A DNA stretch of 63,565 nucleotides, the filler included, from Guillardia theta CCMP2712 (taxonomy: Eukaryota > Protista > Cryptophyta), in the NCBI RefSeq assembly GCF_000315625.1. It is 5 parts of 5 records of this genome, joined end to end, with 100 filler letters (N's around TTAATTAATTAA, not from the genome) between each part and the next. Parts side by side here need not be neighbours in the genome. Positions count along the whole stretch, not along the records: positions 5,175 to 21,509 come from NW_005434375.1; positions 21,610 to 47,642 come from NW_005434598.1; 3 more parts are not named here. The stretch is one strand, 5' to 3'. Shown piece by piece: positions 20,642-31,484 of the stretch. Every line of letters begins with the position of its first letter. Within the stretch, counting starts at the first letter, position 1. The notes below the pieces were generated by a model, which was given only the letters and a program-made list of their open reading frames with translations, was not told the origin of the DNA and searched no databases. The position numbers and the translations under genes are program-made.

Positions 20642-21402
20642 CTGCGATATAAAAAAGTCTTGTCTCGGTCACGTGATGTGTCACGTGACCGGTCAGGTGA
20701 GCCTGTCAGCCGGGTCACGGCCCCTGTCAGCCGGCTGACATGTCACGGGCCTGCTGACACGGTCCGCTGACCGGTCACGGCCGCCCGGAGAGATCAGGCC
20801 CCCGGCCAATCTCCGGACACTTAGCCTCCTGGCGGGCCTCCAGGGGGTCTGAGGCGGGGCTGAAGGCTGCAGTCGGTCTACTGACGGGCCCGGCCGGCAG
20901 GATCCGTCGAGAAACAGGGGGGTCAAGGGAGGTTTTCTTCCCCCTGGGAGAAATGTCCTATGGGTTTTTGGATCTGCGATATAAAAAAGTCTTGTCTCGG
21001 TCACGTGATGTGTCACGTGACCGGTCAGGTGAGCCTGTCAGCCGGGTCACGGCCCCTGTCAGCCGGCTGACATGTCACGGGCCTGCTGACACGGTCCGCT
21101 GACCGGTCACGGCCGCCCGGAGAGATCAGGCCCCCGGCCAATCTCCGGACACTTAGCCTCCTGGCGGGCCTCCAGGGGGTCTGAGGCGGGGCTGAAGGCT
21201 GCAGTCGGTCTACTGACGGGCCCGGCCGGCAGGATCCGTCGAGAAACAGGGGGGTCAAGGGAGGTTTTCTTCCCCCTGGGAGAAATGTCCTATGGGTTTT
21301 TGGATCTGCGATATAAAAAAGTCTTGTCTCGGTCACGTGATGTGTCACGTGACCGGTCAGGTGAGCCTGTCAGCCGGGTCACGGCCCCTGTCAGCCGGCT
21401 GA
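20634..21402 (-). repeat. Right tandem array, about 2.3 copies of the same 332-bp unit, inverted relative to the left array
   Basis: TGGATC recurs at 20637, 20969 and 21301. Identical 107-aa spurious translations appear in the ORF track on opposite strands. Confidence 0.97.
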
Positions 21403-21509
21403 GGAGACGGATCTGATGCGGTCAGAGCGCCTCGAGAACATCATCGTAAACAGATTGTTCCTGTACGATCGGCTCACCTCGGGAGAGGTTTTCCTGTAAG
21501 TATCCACCA

Positions 21510-21609
21510 NNNNNNNNNNNNNNNNNNNNNNNNNNNNNNNNNNNNNNNNNNNNTTAATTAATTAANNNNNNNNNNNNNNNNNNNNNNNNNNNNNNNNNNN
21601 NNNNNNNNN
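21510..21609. other. Artificial contig-join linker
   Basis: N44-TTAATTAATTAA-N44. Confidence 0.97.
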
Positions 21610-21803
21610 GTCCTCCTCCTCCTCCTCCTCAACCCCTCCCTGCTTCATCTCCTCCCCCTTCCCCTCTTCCTTCTTCCTTTCCTATAAAATTCCTACCTCT
21701 CCCCCCTACACACTGACTCTCTCTCTCTCTCTGCGCCTTCCTCCTCCTCCTCCTCCTCCTCCTCCTCCTCCTCCTCCTCCTCCCTCTCTCACTTGTTTTA
21801 TCA

Positions 21804-21992
21804 GATCTTTCTGCTCAGCTCAGCTCCTACTTGCTGCGACTGACAGCACGAGGAGGCACGAACTTGCAGAGGAGGCGAGGAGGGAGAGGAAACGATCAGC
21901 ACGGGGAGAACAACGAGAGGAACGATGACAGGGAGGAGCAGGAGGAGCGAAGAAGCAAGATCATGAGCAAGGAGCAGGAGCAGGAAGATCAG

Positions 21993-22049
<57 letters not shown>

Positions 22050-22865
22050 ATCTGGGGGCTGACGAGGCTGGCGGTCGAAGTCTGCACAAGGAGTGCGAGG
22101 ATGCTGCGGGGGGAGGATGCAGACAAGCTCTGGTTCAGACTCCTTGACCTCCTCCTCTCACACCTTCTTGAGTCGCTTGAGACGATGCAGGAGCAGGGAG
22201 GATCGGTGCAGACATCGAAAATCTCCTCCTCCTCTCCTCGTTCCCCTCCTCCTCCTCCTCCTCCTCCTCCTCCCGTTCCCTCATCTCCTTCCTCCCATCC
22301 CTCAATCTCTTACTTCCTCTCTCCTACCGCTCCCCCAACCCCAGGGGTCAGGACATGGCTGAATCTACTCGACGCGCTAATCGAAGAAGTTCTCCGCAAC
22401 ATGCTGGGCCTAGTGAGCCTCGAGGGCCTCCTAGCCCGACTGGTCAAGGCGCATCCCCAGGAGAAGCTGAGCTGCCTGCGCCACGTCATCATGGCCATGG
22501 TCGAGACTTTGCGCTTTCAGAAGGACCAGCAGCTGCTGGCAAGCAGGATCATGCTCCGAGCTTCTGCCCAGCACGCCAGGAAGTTTGCGGAGGAGGCAAA
22601 GAGGCCCTGCAGGGCTGACATGCCGGGCAACTTGCTCCCTGCTCCTCCTCGCGCACGCGGGGCTGGGGAGGGAGAGGAGAGGACGGGAGCGCTCCTCTTC
22701 TGGACCAGAGAAGTGCATGCGGTGAAAGCAGGCGATGTGAGGGGAGCAGGGGCAGGGAAAGCGGCTGGGGGGCAAGCAGGAGGAGGAGGAGGAGGAGGAG
22801 GAGGAGGAGGAGGAGGAGGAGGAGGAGGAGGAGGAGGAGGAGGAGGAGGAGGAGGAGGAGGCTGA
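21804..22865 (+). CDS. VPS8: C-terminal exon of a VPS8-like (CORVET subunit) protein with low-complexity insertions
   Basis: LAVEVCTRSARMLRGEDADKLWFRLLD ... NMLGLVSLEGLLARLV ... VIMAMVETLRFQ resembles the Vps8 C-terminal helical region. It follows a pyrimidine tract and CAG acceptor; the 5' part is lost in the gap. Confidence 0.6.
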
Positions 22866-23038
22866 CGGAGTTGATTGGAGTGGTTCCTGCTGTTCGACAG
22901 TCTGTGGAGGAAGTGGGAGGCAGAGCTGTAGCGCAAGTTGAATAAAAATCGATTAGTTTAACAAGGAGATACGATATCTTCGTGGAGAGGAGAGGAGAGG
23001 AGCGAAAACATATTCATCCGCAAAAGTTTTGCAGATGT

Positions 23039-23175
23039 TCAAAACCTCCAGTCCTCGTCTGCCTCGTCGATCGCCCACTTGAACTTTGTGATGAGAGATT
23101 TGTTGAAGACCTGTGTTTAGATATCAACTTTTTCGCCTCGCATCATCATCTCCTTTGTCAGCATCTCAATCTTCT

Positions 23176-23217
<42 letters not shown>

Positions 23218-23792
23218 CCTTTCCCTCAACTGCTTCTTATCTTCACCATCTGGATCTCTGGTTCTATTCTCTTGCTCCCTTTCCTTTCGCCAACCCTCTC
23301 CACACTTCCCTCCACCTCCTCCGTCACCTTGTTGAGAGGAAAATTTCCAAATCGTTTGCACCAGGCGACAGTGATCCTTGGATCGAGGTAGTTCACCTGC
23401 CGTATGTGAGGAAAAGAAAAAGTTGAACAGAGGAGGATGTGCAAGAAAGAAGAGGGAACTGGGAAGGGGGGGAGGCGGGGGGAGGAGGAAAGGGAAAGAG
23501 GAGGAGAGTAGAGGGAAAGAGGAGGAGAGTAGAGGGAAAGAGGAGGAGAGTAGAGGGAAAGAGGAGGAGAGTAGAGGGAAAGAGGAGGAGAGTAGAGGGA
23601 AAGAGAGAACAGGGGTAGGAGAATCATAGAGAGCAGGGAACCTTAGAAGTGCTGAGAGCGACGCCAGCAAGCTTGAGTTTGATCTGTTTCTGCGTTTCTT
23701 GCTAGAGAACGAAACGAAGTAAGAGAGAGAAACGAAAGGAACGAGAGTGGCGGGTAGAACAAAAGAAAGTGAGAGTTGAGAGTGGGATTACC

Positions 23793-23854
<62 letters not shown>

Positions 23855-26155
23855 AGGGATGTAAGGGGGGAAATGCAAAGTAAGGTTGACAACAAGCAGC
23901 AGCAGGCAAGAGGCAGCGAGGAGAAGGATGCGAGGAGAAGGAAAGACGTATTGTGATTTCATCAGGAAGAAAACATGAAGAATACCTTTGAGATTCTTTC
24001 TTCAAGATTTGCAATCTTCTTTTTCATCTGCTCGTCAACGTCATGAAACATTTTCGAGATCTCACGACAACTTCACCTGCTCTTTGTTGTCTGCAGACTT
24101 CTTCTTCTTCTTCAAGTCAGCCAACTCTTCATGCAAGCCTGTGACCCACGACCAAATTACAAGTTGCCGTCACATCTCCCAACACAAATCGCCATCTCCT
24201 ACCTTTAATCTTCTCGTCCATCTTCTCTACTTGAGAGTCGAAGGTCTTACTAACAGCGCGCGAGTGATTACACAAGATTGCAACTTGATAGTTCGCATCG
24301 TTGTAGAACTTGAGCTGGGTCGCGTCGTTGCGCAGGAAGCTCGACTTTTCCGGGTGATCCTCCAACTTGTAGAGCTCCTGGTCCAAAGTGAACGACGCGT
24401 TGTAAGTACGGAAGACTTTTGCTGTCAGGCCAGGCATCAGGTCCTTGAGGTAGGTATTCAAACTCGAGGTGTTGAGCTGGTCAAAGACATCGTCAGACGG
24501 CTTCTTGCTGTTGCTCGTCAACGATCGCATGTTCTCGACAACTCTCCTGAAATTCTTCTCCTCTCCCTCTCGCACAAACGACACGCAAGGATTTTCCTCC
24601 CCCTCCTTCGCTTTCTCCTCGTCCTTAGGCCTCAACTTAACAAGGTTCTTGTACTCGATCGAGTCTTTGCCCAGGAAGTTGAAGTAAATCGTCGGGCCCT
24701 CTTCGTCCGTACCCAATGTGATATGTTCCACTCGGAGACTGCAGCAACCCACGGTATCGGCCTCTTCGTTCGTATCCTTCTCGTTACCTGCACGAATGGC
24801 CAAGTTGTCGATCAACCATAGAGCGGTATTCTGCTGCATCTCAAGACCCGAAGACTTCAATCCTTGTGTGATCCTCTGCCTTATCCTCGCCACGTGCTTC
24901 TTCAGCTCTCTTGCTTTCTCAAACTTCTCACGGTCAGACTGGCCTTTGAGCGAGGAGCCAGCAGAAAGGAACACGTACTTGAACTCTCCGTTGATCGTGT
25001 CCTTGTAGAACGCCAGCCACGTCTGCTCGTCCTTATGCACAAGACTCTGCCATGCATGTCCGGGGAGGGAACAGCGGGGAGGACAAGCGTCCTCAGAGCA
25101 GTTCATGGTGATATCTTCAGGCTGGATCACACCCTTGACTTGCCCCATCTTCGGATGTTCGCCTCTCCCTCGGAACAGCCCAGCCGGCTCTACCCTGAAG
25201 TTTCCGTTCTTCTCCAAGTGAGAATCAAGGACGACTGTCACGTAGGGTGCTTCAGTCTTCTCCTTCGCTTGCTTGATCTTCAGCTTTTCCTCCTTTGTCA
25301 ACGCCTTTTTCTTCTCCCTCTCAGCGTCCAAGTGATCGACTATGGGCTGGAAGTCACAATTTTCCAAATCTTTGATCGCGTGATTTTTTCCCAACTTCTC
25401 GCTGAATTCCTTCCAAAAATTCTTCTTGAAAACATCCTTGCCAGCATAGTCTGTCCTGCTCATGGCAGCATACATAGTTGCAATAGCTTCCTGCAAAAGG
25501 AAACTTTGAATTCTTCCCATAATTTATCGTGCGATTTACCTGCTCTGGGGTGAGCGAAATGATTTGACCATCGTACTTCATTTTGACTCCGTGGGGTTCA
25601 TAGTTGGGAGGAAAAATGACACTGTGCATTAGAAATCAAAATATTCGACAGATATCTCAGTTCTACGTACCCATTGTGCTCCAAGAAACGCCATTTCTTT
25701 CCCTGAGCAAGGGGCTGCTCATCTTTCCACCTAAAGAACGTAGAGAAAGGCAACAAACAAGGTTAGCGATCTTGCGTATGAGAAACACATGAAGTCCAAC
25801 CACTCATAGACTGGTTCAACTTTCACTTCCTGTGTAACGGTCAGCTCTGAGCCATCGAAACTCGCATGTTTGACCTTCTTGGGCTTTTTTGGTTGTCCCT
25901 TGCCATCAGTTTTTGCTGATGGTTGGTCAGGGATTTTGGATTGCTACTTGTCAAGATCTGTTTCACCTGACTTGGAGCTTGACTTTGACGACTGATATTG
26001 AAGATCATTTCAGTGCAACAGAACAACGTAGAAAATCGCATTCAAACCTTCTCTTTCTTGGCGGGAGCTTTCTTCTTGCGTGTATCTGAATGATTAGAGT
26101 GAGTATCGTTTGCAGATCAAGTTGTATCCCCAAGTCACTTTTACCGAAGTCTTCT

Positions 26156-26187
<32 letters not shown>

Positions 26188-26544
26188 ACCTCTCTAGTGA
26201 TCGAACCATGTCATCGCAGACATCAACAACAAAAACTGCAGCACACCTTTCGCTTCGTTTTCTTCTTCTTCTTGGATTCCTTCGCTGCTTGAATGGGACA
26301 AAGGCGTTAGACCCTTCAACATCTCACAGGTACGCACACACCCGTCGGAGCGTTCTCCTCCTTCACCTAAAGAATAATCTTGTCAATATTCAGCCCCTGC
26401 AGGTTGCAAGGATAAGACCTGGGACTGGACATTCTCCTTCTTGGACGACTTTGCTTTCTTTAGAGGGACATCATCGTCGTCCTCCTCAGGCTTGGGTTCC
26501 TTTTTGGAACTCTTCAAAGGTTTGTCGTCGTCCGATTCGGACAT
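23039..26544 (-). CDS. TOP1: DNA topoisomerase I (type IB), multi-exon
   Basis: [74 protein letters not shown], and catalytic [18 protein letters not shown]; last exon [13 protein letters not shown]...WRF*. Lys/Asp-rich N-terminus from ATG 26544. Confidence 0.97.
23494..23601. repeat. 21-bp minisatellite (GAAAGAGGAGGAGAGTAGAGG) x~5 in a TOP1 intron
   Basis: Directly visible. Confidence 0.9.
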
Positions 26545-26637
26545 GGTCAACCTAGTACGAACAGATGTAAGAATATTATCAGGACAGCGTGAAAACCGTA
26601 AGCGCCGGATCGCAAGTGAAAGTCGTCTCAAGATCCT

Positions 26638-26766
26638 CGTGCTCGATTTATGATCACATATGAAGATATCATTTTATGATCAAATATCAAGATATCAAAA
26701 AAACGTGCTCGATTTATGATCACATATGAAGATATCATTTTATGATCAAATATCAAGATATCAAAA
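26638..26766. repeat. 66-bp AT-rich direct repeat x2 upstream of TOP1
   Basis: CGTGCTCGATTTATGATCACATATGAAGATATC... starts at 26638 and 26704. Confidence 0.92.
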
Positions 26767-28453
26767 ATGATATCTTCTGTTCAATCATCAATAAACACAA
26801 GTGGGAAGGGAATACCATACAAAAGAAACTCACTCCTCGGTTTCGCTAACTGTTCCTCTCAGGATTCAACTGTCTTTATACTTTCCAACCAGTTCTCATG
26901 TTACAACTTTCTTCTTGTATATCTGTCCTCGTCATCAACTCATCGTCGCCATTCTTGTCTTATCTTCGCCATCCCTTACTCCCTAACCTCCTGTCACGTG
27001 TTCCCGCCCATGCCTCAAATTCGCGATCTCATCTGCCACCACCACCCCCACCCCACTCTGATAAACTACCCTACCCTTTCCTTTTACGTACCCCATGGAA
27101 CAAGTGATAGGACCCCTCATTGATAGCTGGATAACCCCTAGTACCTCTGTATGCCCCCCTCAGCTTCTACCCACCCATTATCAAATCCTTTCGGACCCCT
27201 ACCATATGTCAATCAATCACTCCCACCCTGCTTTTGAGACCACCTCTGAAATCACTGCCAGATAACCCGTTCCATAGACCAGATATTATTATTACAAGTA
27301 CCCCCTACGCATCAATACCACCCCATCATGACTCACTACCTTAGTACCCTGTACCCTACCCTGAAGTTATATGACCCCGATATCCCAACGGCTTCGAACC
27401 TCCAACCCTCACCACGGCAACGCTCCTGGTACCACCACCCCCGGTGATTCTCCGAATCAAGAAGTGCTTTTATAGAATACCCCTACTTCAGAGTCAAACC
27501 GCTTCCAACTTACACCGGTACTCTAACACCCCTACCCTGCTCTCTACTCACTTCATTAACCCCACCCCCTTGTCGGTATATAAGGCCAGTGTCCGCGCCG
27601 GGCAGCCGGTACACCGGCGTCTGATCGGGGCCCCGGCCCGGCCCGCCCGGCGGCGTCGGCCCGCGGCCCGGCCGGTGATCGGATGTCACTCAGTCACAGT
27701 GATCGGACGGGCAAGTGATCACGGTCCGATCGGACGGGCGCCTTGCCCTGGCCCGGCTCCGGACGGTCCTCGAGAGTCATCGGCCCGGGGGCCCCTCAGG
27801 ACTGTACAGTAAGCCGGGCTAAGGTCCGCCCGGAGACTCTCAGGGCCGGGCGGACCGTCTCAGTGCTCGGCGGGGGGCCGACCGATCGGATCGGATGTGA
27901 GGCCCTCATACAGACCAGCCAGTGACCTTACAACAGGAAATTTTCGAACATGTTTCAAATGTGAAGGTAGTATTCGAAAAATAAAGATTGATTCTATTTG
28001 AAATATTTGAATTATTAATGGAGGTCTTGAAATATTTCATTCAAGTGCCTGGACTTACCCCTCCACCGGGAAACGGGGAAGATGGAGAAAATGCAGGGGG
28101 CAAGGATACGATGCTGAAGAATTTGGCCGAAAATCCGTCGATTTATGCAGCATGACAAGTTCTCCTCATCGACACTGAACTCGAAGTAACTTGATGATCG
28201 ATCCTAAGACTGTTTGTTCTCCTGCTTCTCTGCTCGATTTTCTTGTTTTCTCTACTTTGTCTCGCTCAAGGTCATAATTTGGTCGGGTTTGTGGGCGATG
28301 GAGAGAGAATGTGTATGAGATGTGCTCCTCTCTACCGCTCATCATCATCATCCGGTGTATATGTATGAAGGAAACTGAACGATAACTGTGCATTCAAGCT
28401 CTTGGCAAAGGCGATACTTGACCTTTTGGCTTGTTCGCGTTTGATCGACAATC

Positions 28454-31359
28454 ATGGCTGCACAGCGTAGCTGCAAGAACGAGTTTGAAAAGTATGTCTG
28501 CAATGCATTCTACAAGATACTTCATGTCGTAGCTGAAGCTCGTCTATCCCATGGTGCCGAGCCAGGTAAACGGTCGACCGACTCTAGCTTCTTGCTAGAA
28601 AGCAAAGGCATTCCAGAAATAGACGCCGAGATTCACAGTCATATCAGGAGTGGAGATATGGTTCCTCCGAACCTTCTTGTCTTCACAGTAGCAGTTGACA
28701 TGAATGCTGATGGGCCAGTTCCTCCTCCCGGCGTGTCTGTGAATAATAAGATGCTACCGCCCAATACAAGAGACGACTACGGGAGTTGCCCGCGATACAA
28801 GGTTTTGGAGAGGTGGATACTAAGGTTCGAGAGAGGAGCGAAGTCAGACATCAAGCCTTCGTTTGCTGTCAAGCATCTGCTTCTACTTGTGAAGAGCGTC
28901 TACTCCTGTTTGCGGTTGTTGCCGTGCCACAAGACTGTGTTTCAGCTGCAGTACCGCAACGCGTCTTGCGGTTTGAAGTATAGGCTATCAACCTCGCTCT
29001 CTTTACAGCAGAATGAGTGCTCGATCGGTCATCAGAACGAAGAGATTCACGAGTACAGGTTAGTGATCCTCACAGACATGCAACTCGATCCTTGCGATGG
29101 TTATTCATTCCTCGTCCAGTTTTGGGGAGGTGGAAACGCCATCGGGGCGCGTTCTAGTCAAGGTGCAATATTCGCTCTCACCGGCAGACGAATACCTGGT
29201 AGATCAGCACATGCAACTTGTAAGTGGATGAGTTGATGACTGGTTTGCAGGTTGCAGCGACCGAAGTTCCAATTTTGCAAGTTCGAGAGAGGTCTCTTTC
29301 TTGCCCGACCGAGCCGACAGATGCAGGTTGTGCATTGGTGTATCATCGCTTCTGTACCTGTCTGGTCAATCAATCTAATCAAACTGTTTAATCAATCTGT
29401 TTAATCAATCTGTGTTATCTATCTGTGTTGTCTATCTGAGTTTTTAATCTGTTGAATCGATCTGTCTTGTCAACAACGCTTCGTTCTACTGATCTTTCTC
29501 TGCCAGCCGCTTGGTTGGAAAGTGCTGTCGCTGCCGCAATCAAGACTGGCGGCACTGGTCACCCTGGCTTGATGTCTGAACGACGGAAGAATGTCCGGCC
29601 ACCAGGTGGGATTGGAGGAGGTTCAACAAAACCATCATAATCCTGGTGTTTACAGGAAGTACAAAAGTGCAGAAGAGCGGGAGTTTTCAGTTGGTAAGAT
29701 AGTTCACCTGTTTCTTGGCATGTATTGACTCCCTTGCTTCTTTTCCCGCAGCTTCGAGCCGAAACCGATCCGACTGTATGCAAGAAGATGGCATTCGAGG
29801 GCACACAGCTTGGTCCTCTGACCTCAAGCAATGATGAATCGCTACTTGGGAACTACCCAGAGGTTTTGACATTCTTCTTGGTTCGAACACTATCTCATGG
29901 TTGGGCAGGAAAGCGAGCTGGATGACATGAGCTTATTGAAGATCGACCTGGGTCTTGCACGAGATTTTCACAGGCTAGCACACACTCAACACGATTCAGT
30001 CAAGACTGAACCTTCAAGCAGATCTCCCAAGCTTGTAGCCTCGCCTCTTCTCCGCGATGTTGGATTCAGCGCTCCGAAATCGAACGCAACGGCCGCCAAG
30101 ATGACAAGAGAGGAAGGGAAGGAGGAGATTCCAACGCCTCTGCTCCTGACCCCCATGATGCCGAACGCAAAGCCAATGTTCGGAGGTTCTCAAGGAGGTC
30201 AGGGGAGATCTCCACGGATGGGTCAAATGGCTGCAGATTCAGACGTCAAAGGTGCCAAGTCTCCGATCAACTCGAACAGGTCTGAACAGTCAAGGCTGTT
30301 TGCTAGTTGAGGTTGAACTTGTGTGAAGAAGGTCGCCGTCACTGGATCCTCCTTATGTTCCTCCTTGTACGGCTTCGCCTCCTGTTCGAATACCGTCGGC
30401 CCATCCTCTCTCGCACGTGATCTATCCTTCTCTTCACTTGCCCTGTTGCTGACGCTTGTCTGCAAAGAACCGCGGGATAGGCTTGTTCAGCTCGCCGGTC
30501 AACAGCCCAGCAGACAAACCTCCCTTCGCTCCTGCAAGCAACTCGCCCTCCTTCTCATCCAACCCGCTGCTGTCCGGCTCCTTCCCAGCATTGTTTTCAG
30601 ATCTTAAACGGTGATTGCTCACTTGTACTTGTGTTTTGAGACTGGCTGACGGGTGCTCAGAGCAAACTCAGTCAATGGATCTCCTGAGAACTTCGTGGAA
30701 TCGCAGAGGTGTGACTTGATGTGTGCGTCTGGAATCTTCTTGCTCGATCTGACTTGCGTCCTTCTCCCTTCCGTCAGATGCAAACCAACCGCAGATTCGC
30801 ATGCCCACGAGGAGATTCAACCTGCTCTCGTTGACGACGAGGTCTCGTCAGCCTCTCTGTCTCTTCCCATGCTCACTTGTGTCTCAGGCGCCTTTCGCGC
30901 TCAATGGCACGAGCAGGGAGTACGATTCGCTCACCAATATCCTCCGGAGATGTGAAGATCCCCTTCCACTCAGTGGCGTGTGGGGCAAGAGCGTTGCTCC
31001 TCAACGGCCAGACACTGAGACAGACAGTCTGATCTGGATGCCTCCTGCTGACGACGTGACGGTGGTGAGTTGCCGACAAGCCCCTCGGCGTCGCCTCACT
31101 CTCTCTCCTTCTTCGTTGCTCGCTTGTTCTCCTGCTCCCCCATCGTTGCTCAATCTTCATCGCACCTCCCATTGCTTCCCCTTCTTGTCCTGTCCTTGCT
31201 GTCGCTACATCACCTTCCTCCCCATCCCTTGCTCTTCCTCTTCTTCACCCCACCAGCTCATGTGGAGCTTTACAGGGAGATCTGTTCGCCGACATGTCGA
31301 TGATGCAAGATCTCATGGAGCTGCATCTGCACCAGCCCAGCAGCGCCGCGACCTCCTGA
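28454..31359 (+). CDS. ATG13: Autophagy protein ATG13-like (N-terminal HORMA domain followed by a disordered Ser/Pro-rich region), multi-exon
   Basis: FYKILHVVAEARL, VLERWILRF, LLLLVKSVYSCLRLLPCHK, then FGEVETPSGRVLVKVQYS after an intron. The 3' exon structure is approximate. Confidence 0.75.
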
Positions 31360-31484
31360 CGATGTTGCGGCCAGAGGCAATCCGGCGACCTCTCACGTCA
31401 TCATCTGCACATATTTCTCTCTTGCCTCGTGTACAGCAGCGTTAAAAGCGAACAAACTGACGCATTCCTGTCTCCATACACACA

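Larger units (their letters stand above)
5175..21509. mobile_element. Putative mobile or virus-derived cassette: 14.7-kb intronless cargo bounded by inverted tandem arrays of a 332-bp unit; no transposase or integrase encoded
   Basis: Arrays at 5198-5896 and 20634-21402 are reverse complements of each other. The cargo lacks the introns and microsatellites seen in all neighbouring pieces. Mobility itself is inference. Confidence 0.55.

Noticed and set aside
5891-20642. Sau3AI-type cloning artefact (insert ligated at GATC ends)
   Set aside because: The flanks are not a vector I recognise, are tandemly repeated with a substitution, have different unique outer sequences, and identity extends past GATC. 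Considered unlikely but not excluded without reads.
6077-20770. Many overlapping alternative-frame and antisense ORFs within the giant ORF
   Set aside because: Expected shadows of a GC3-rich coding frame; no recognisable domains.
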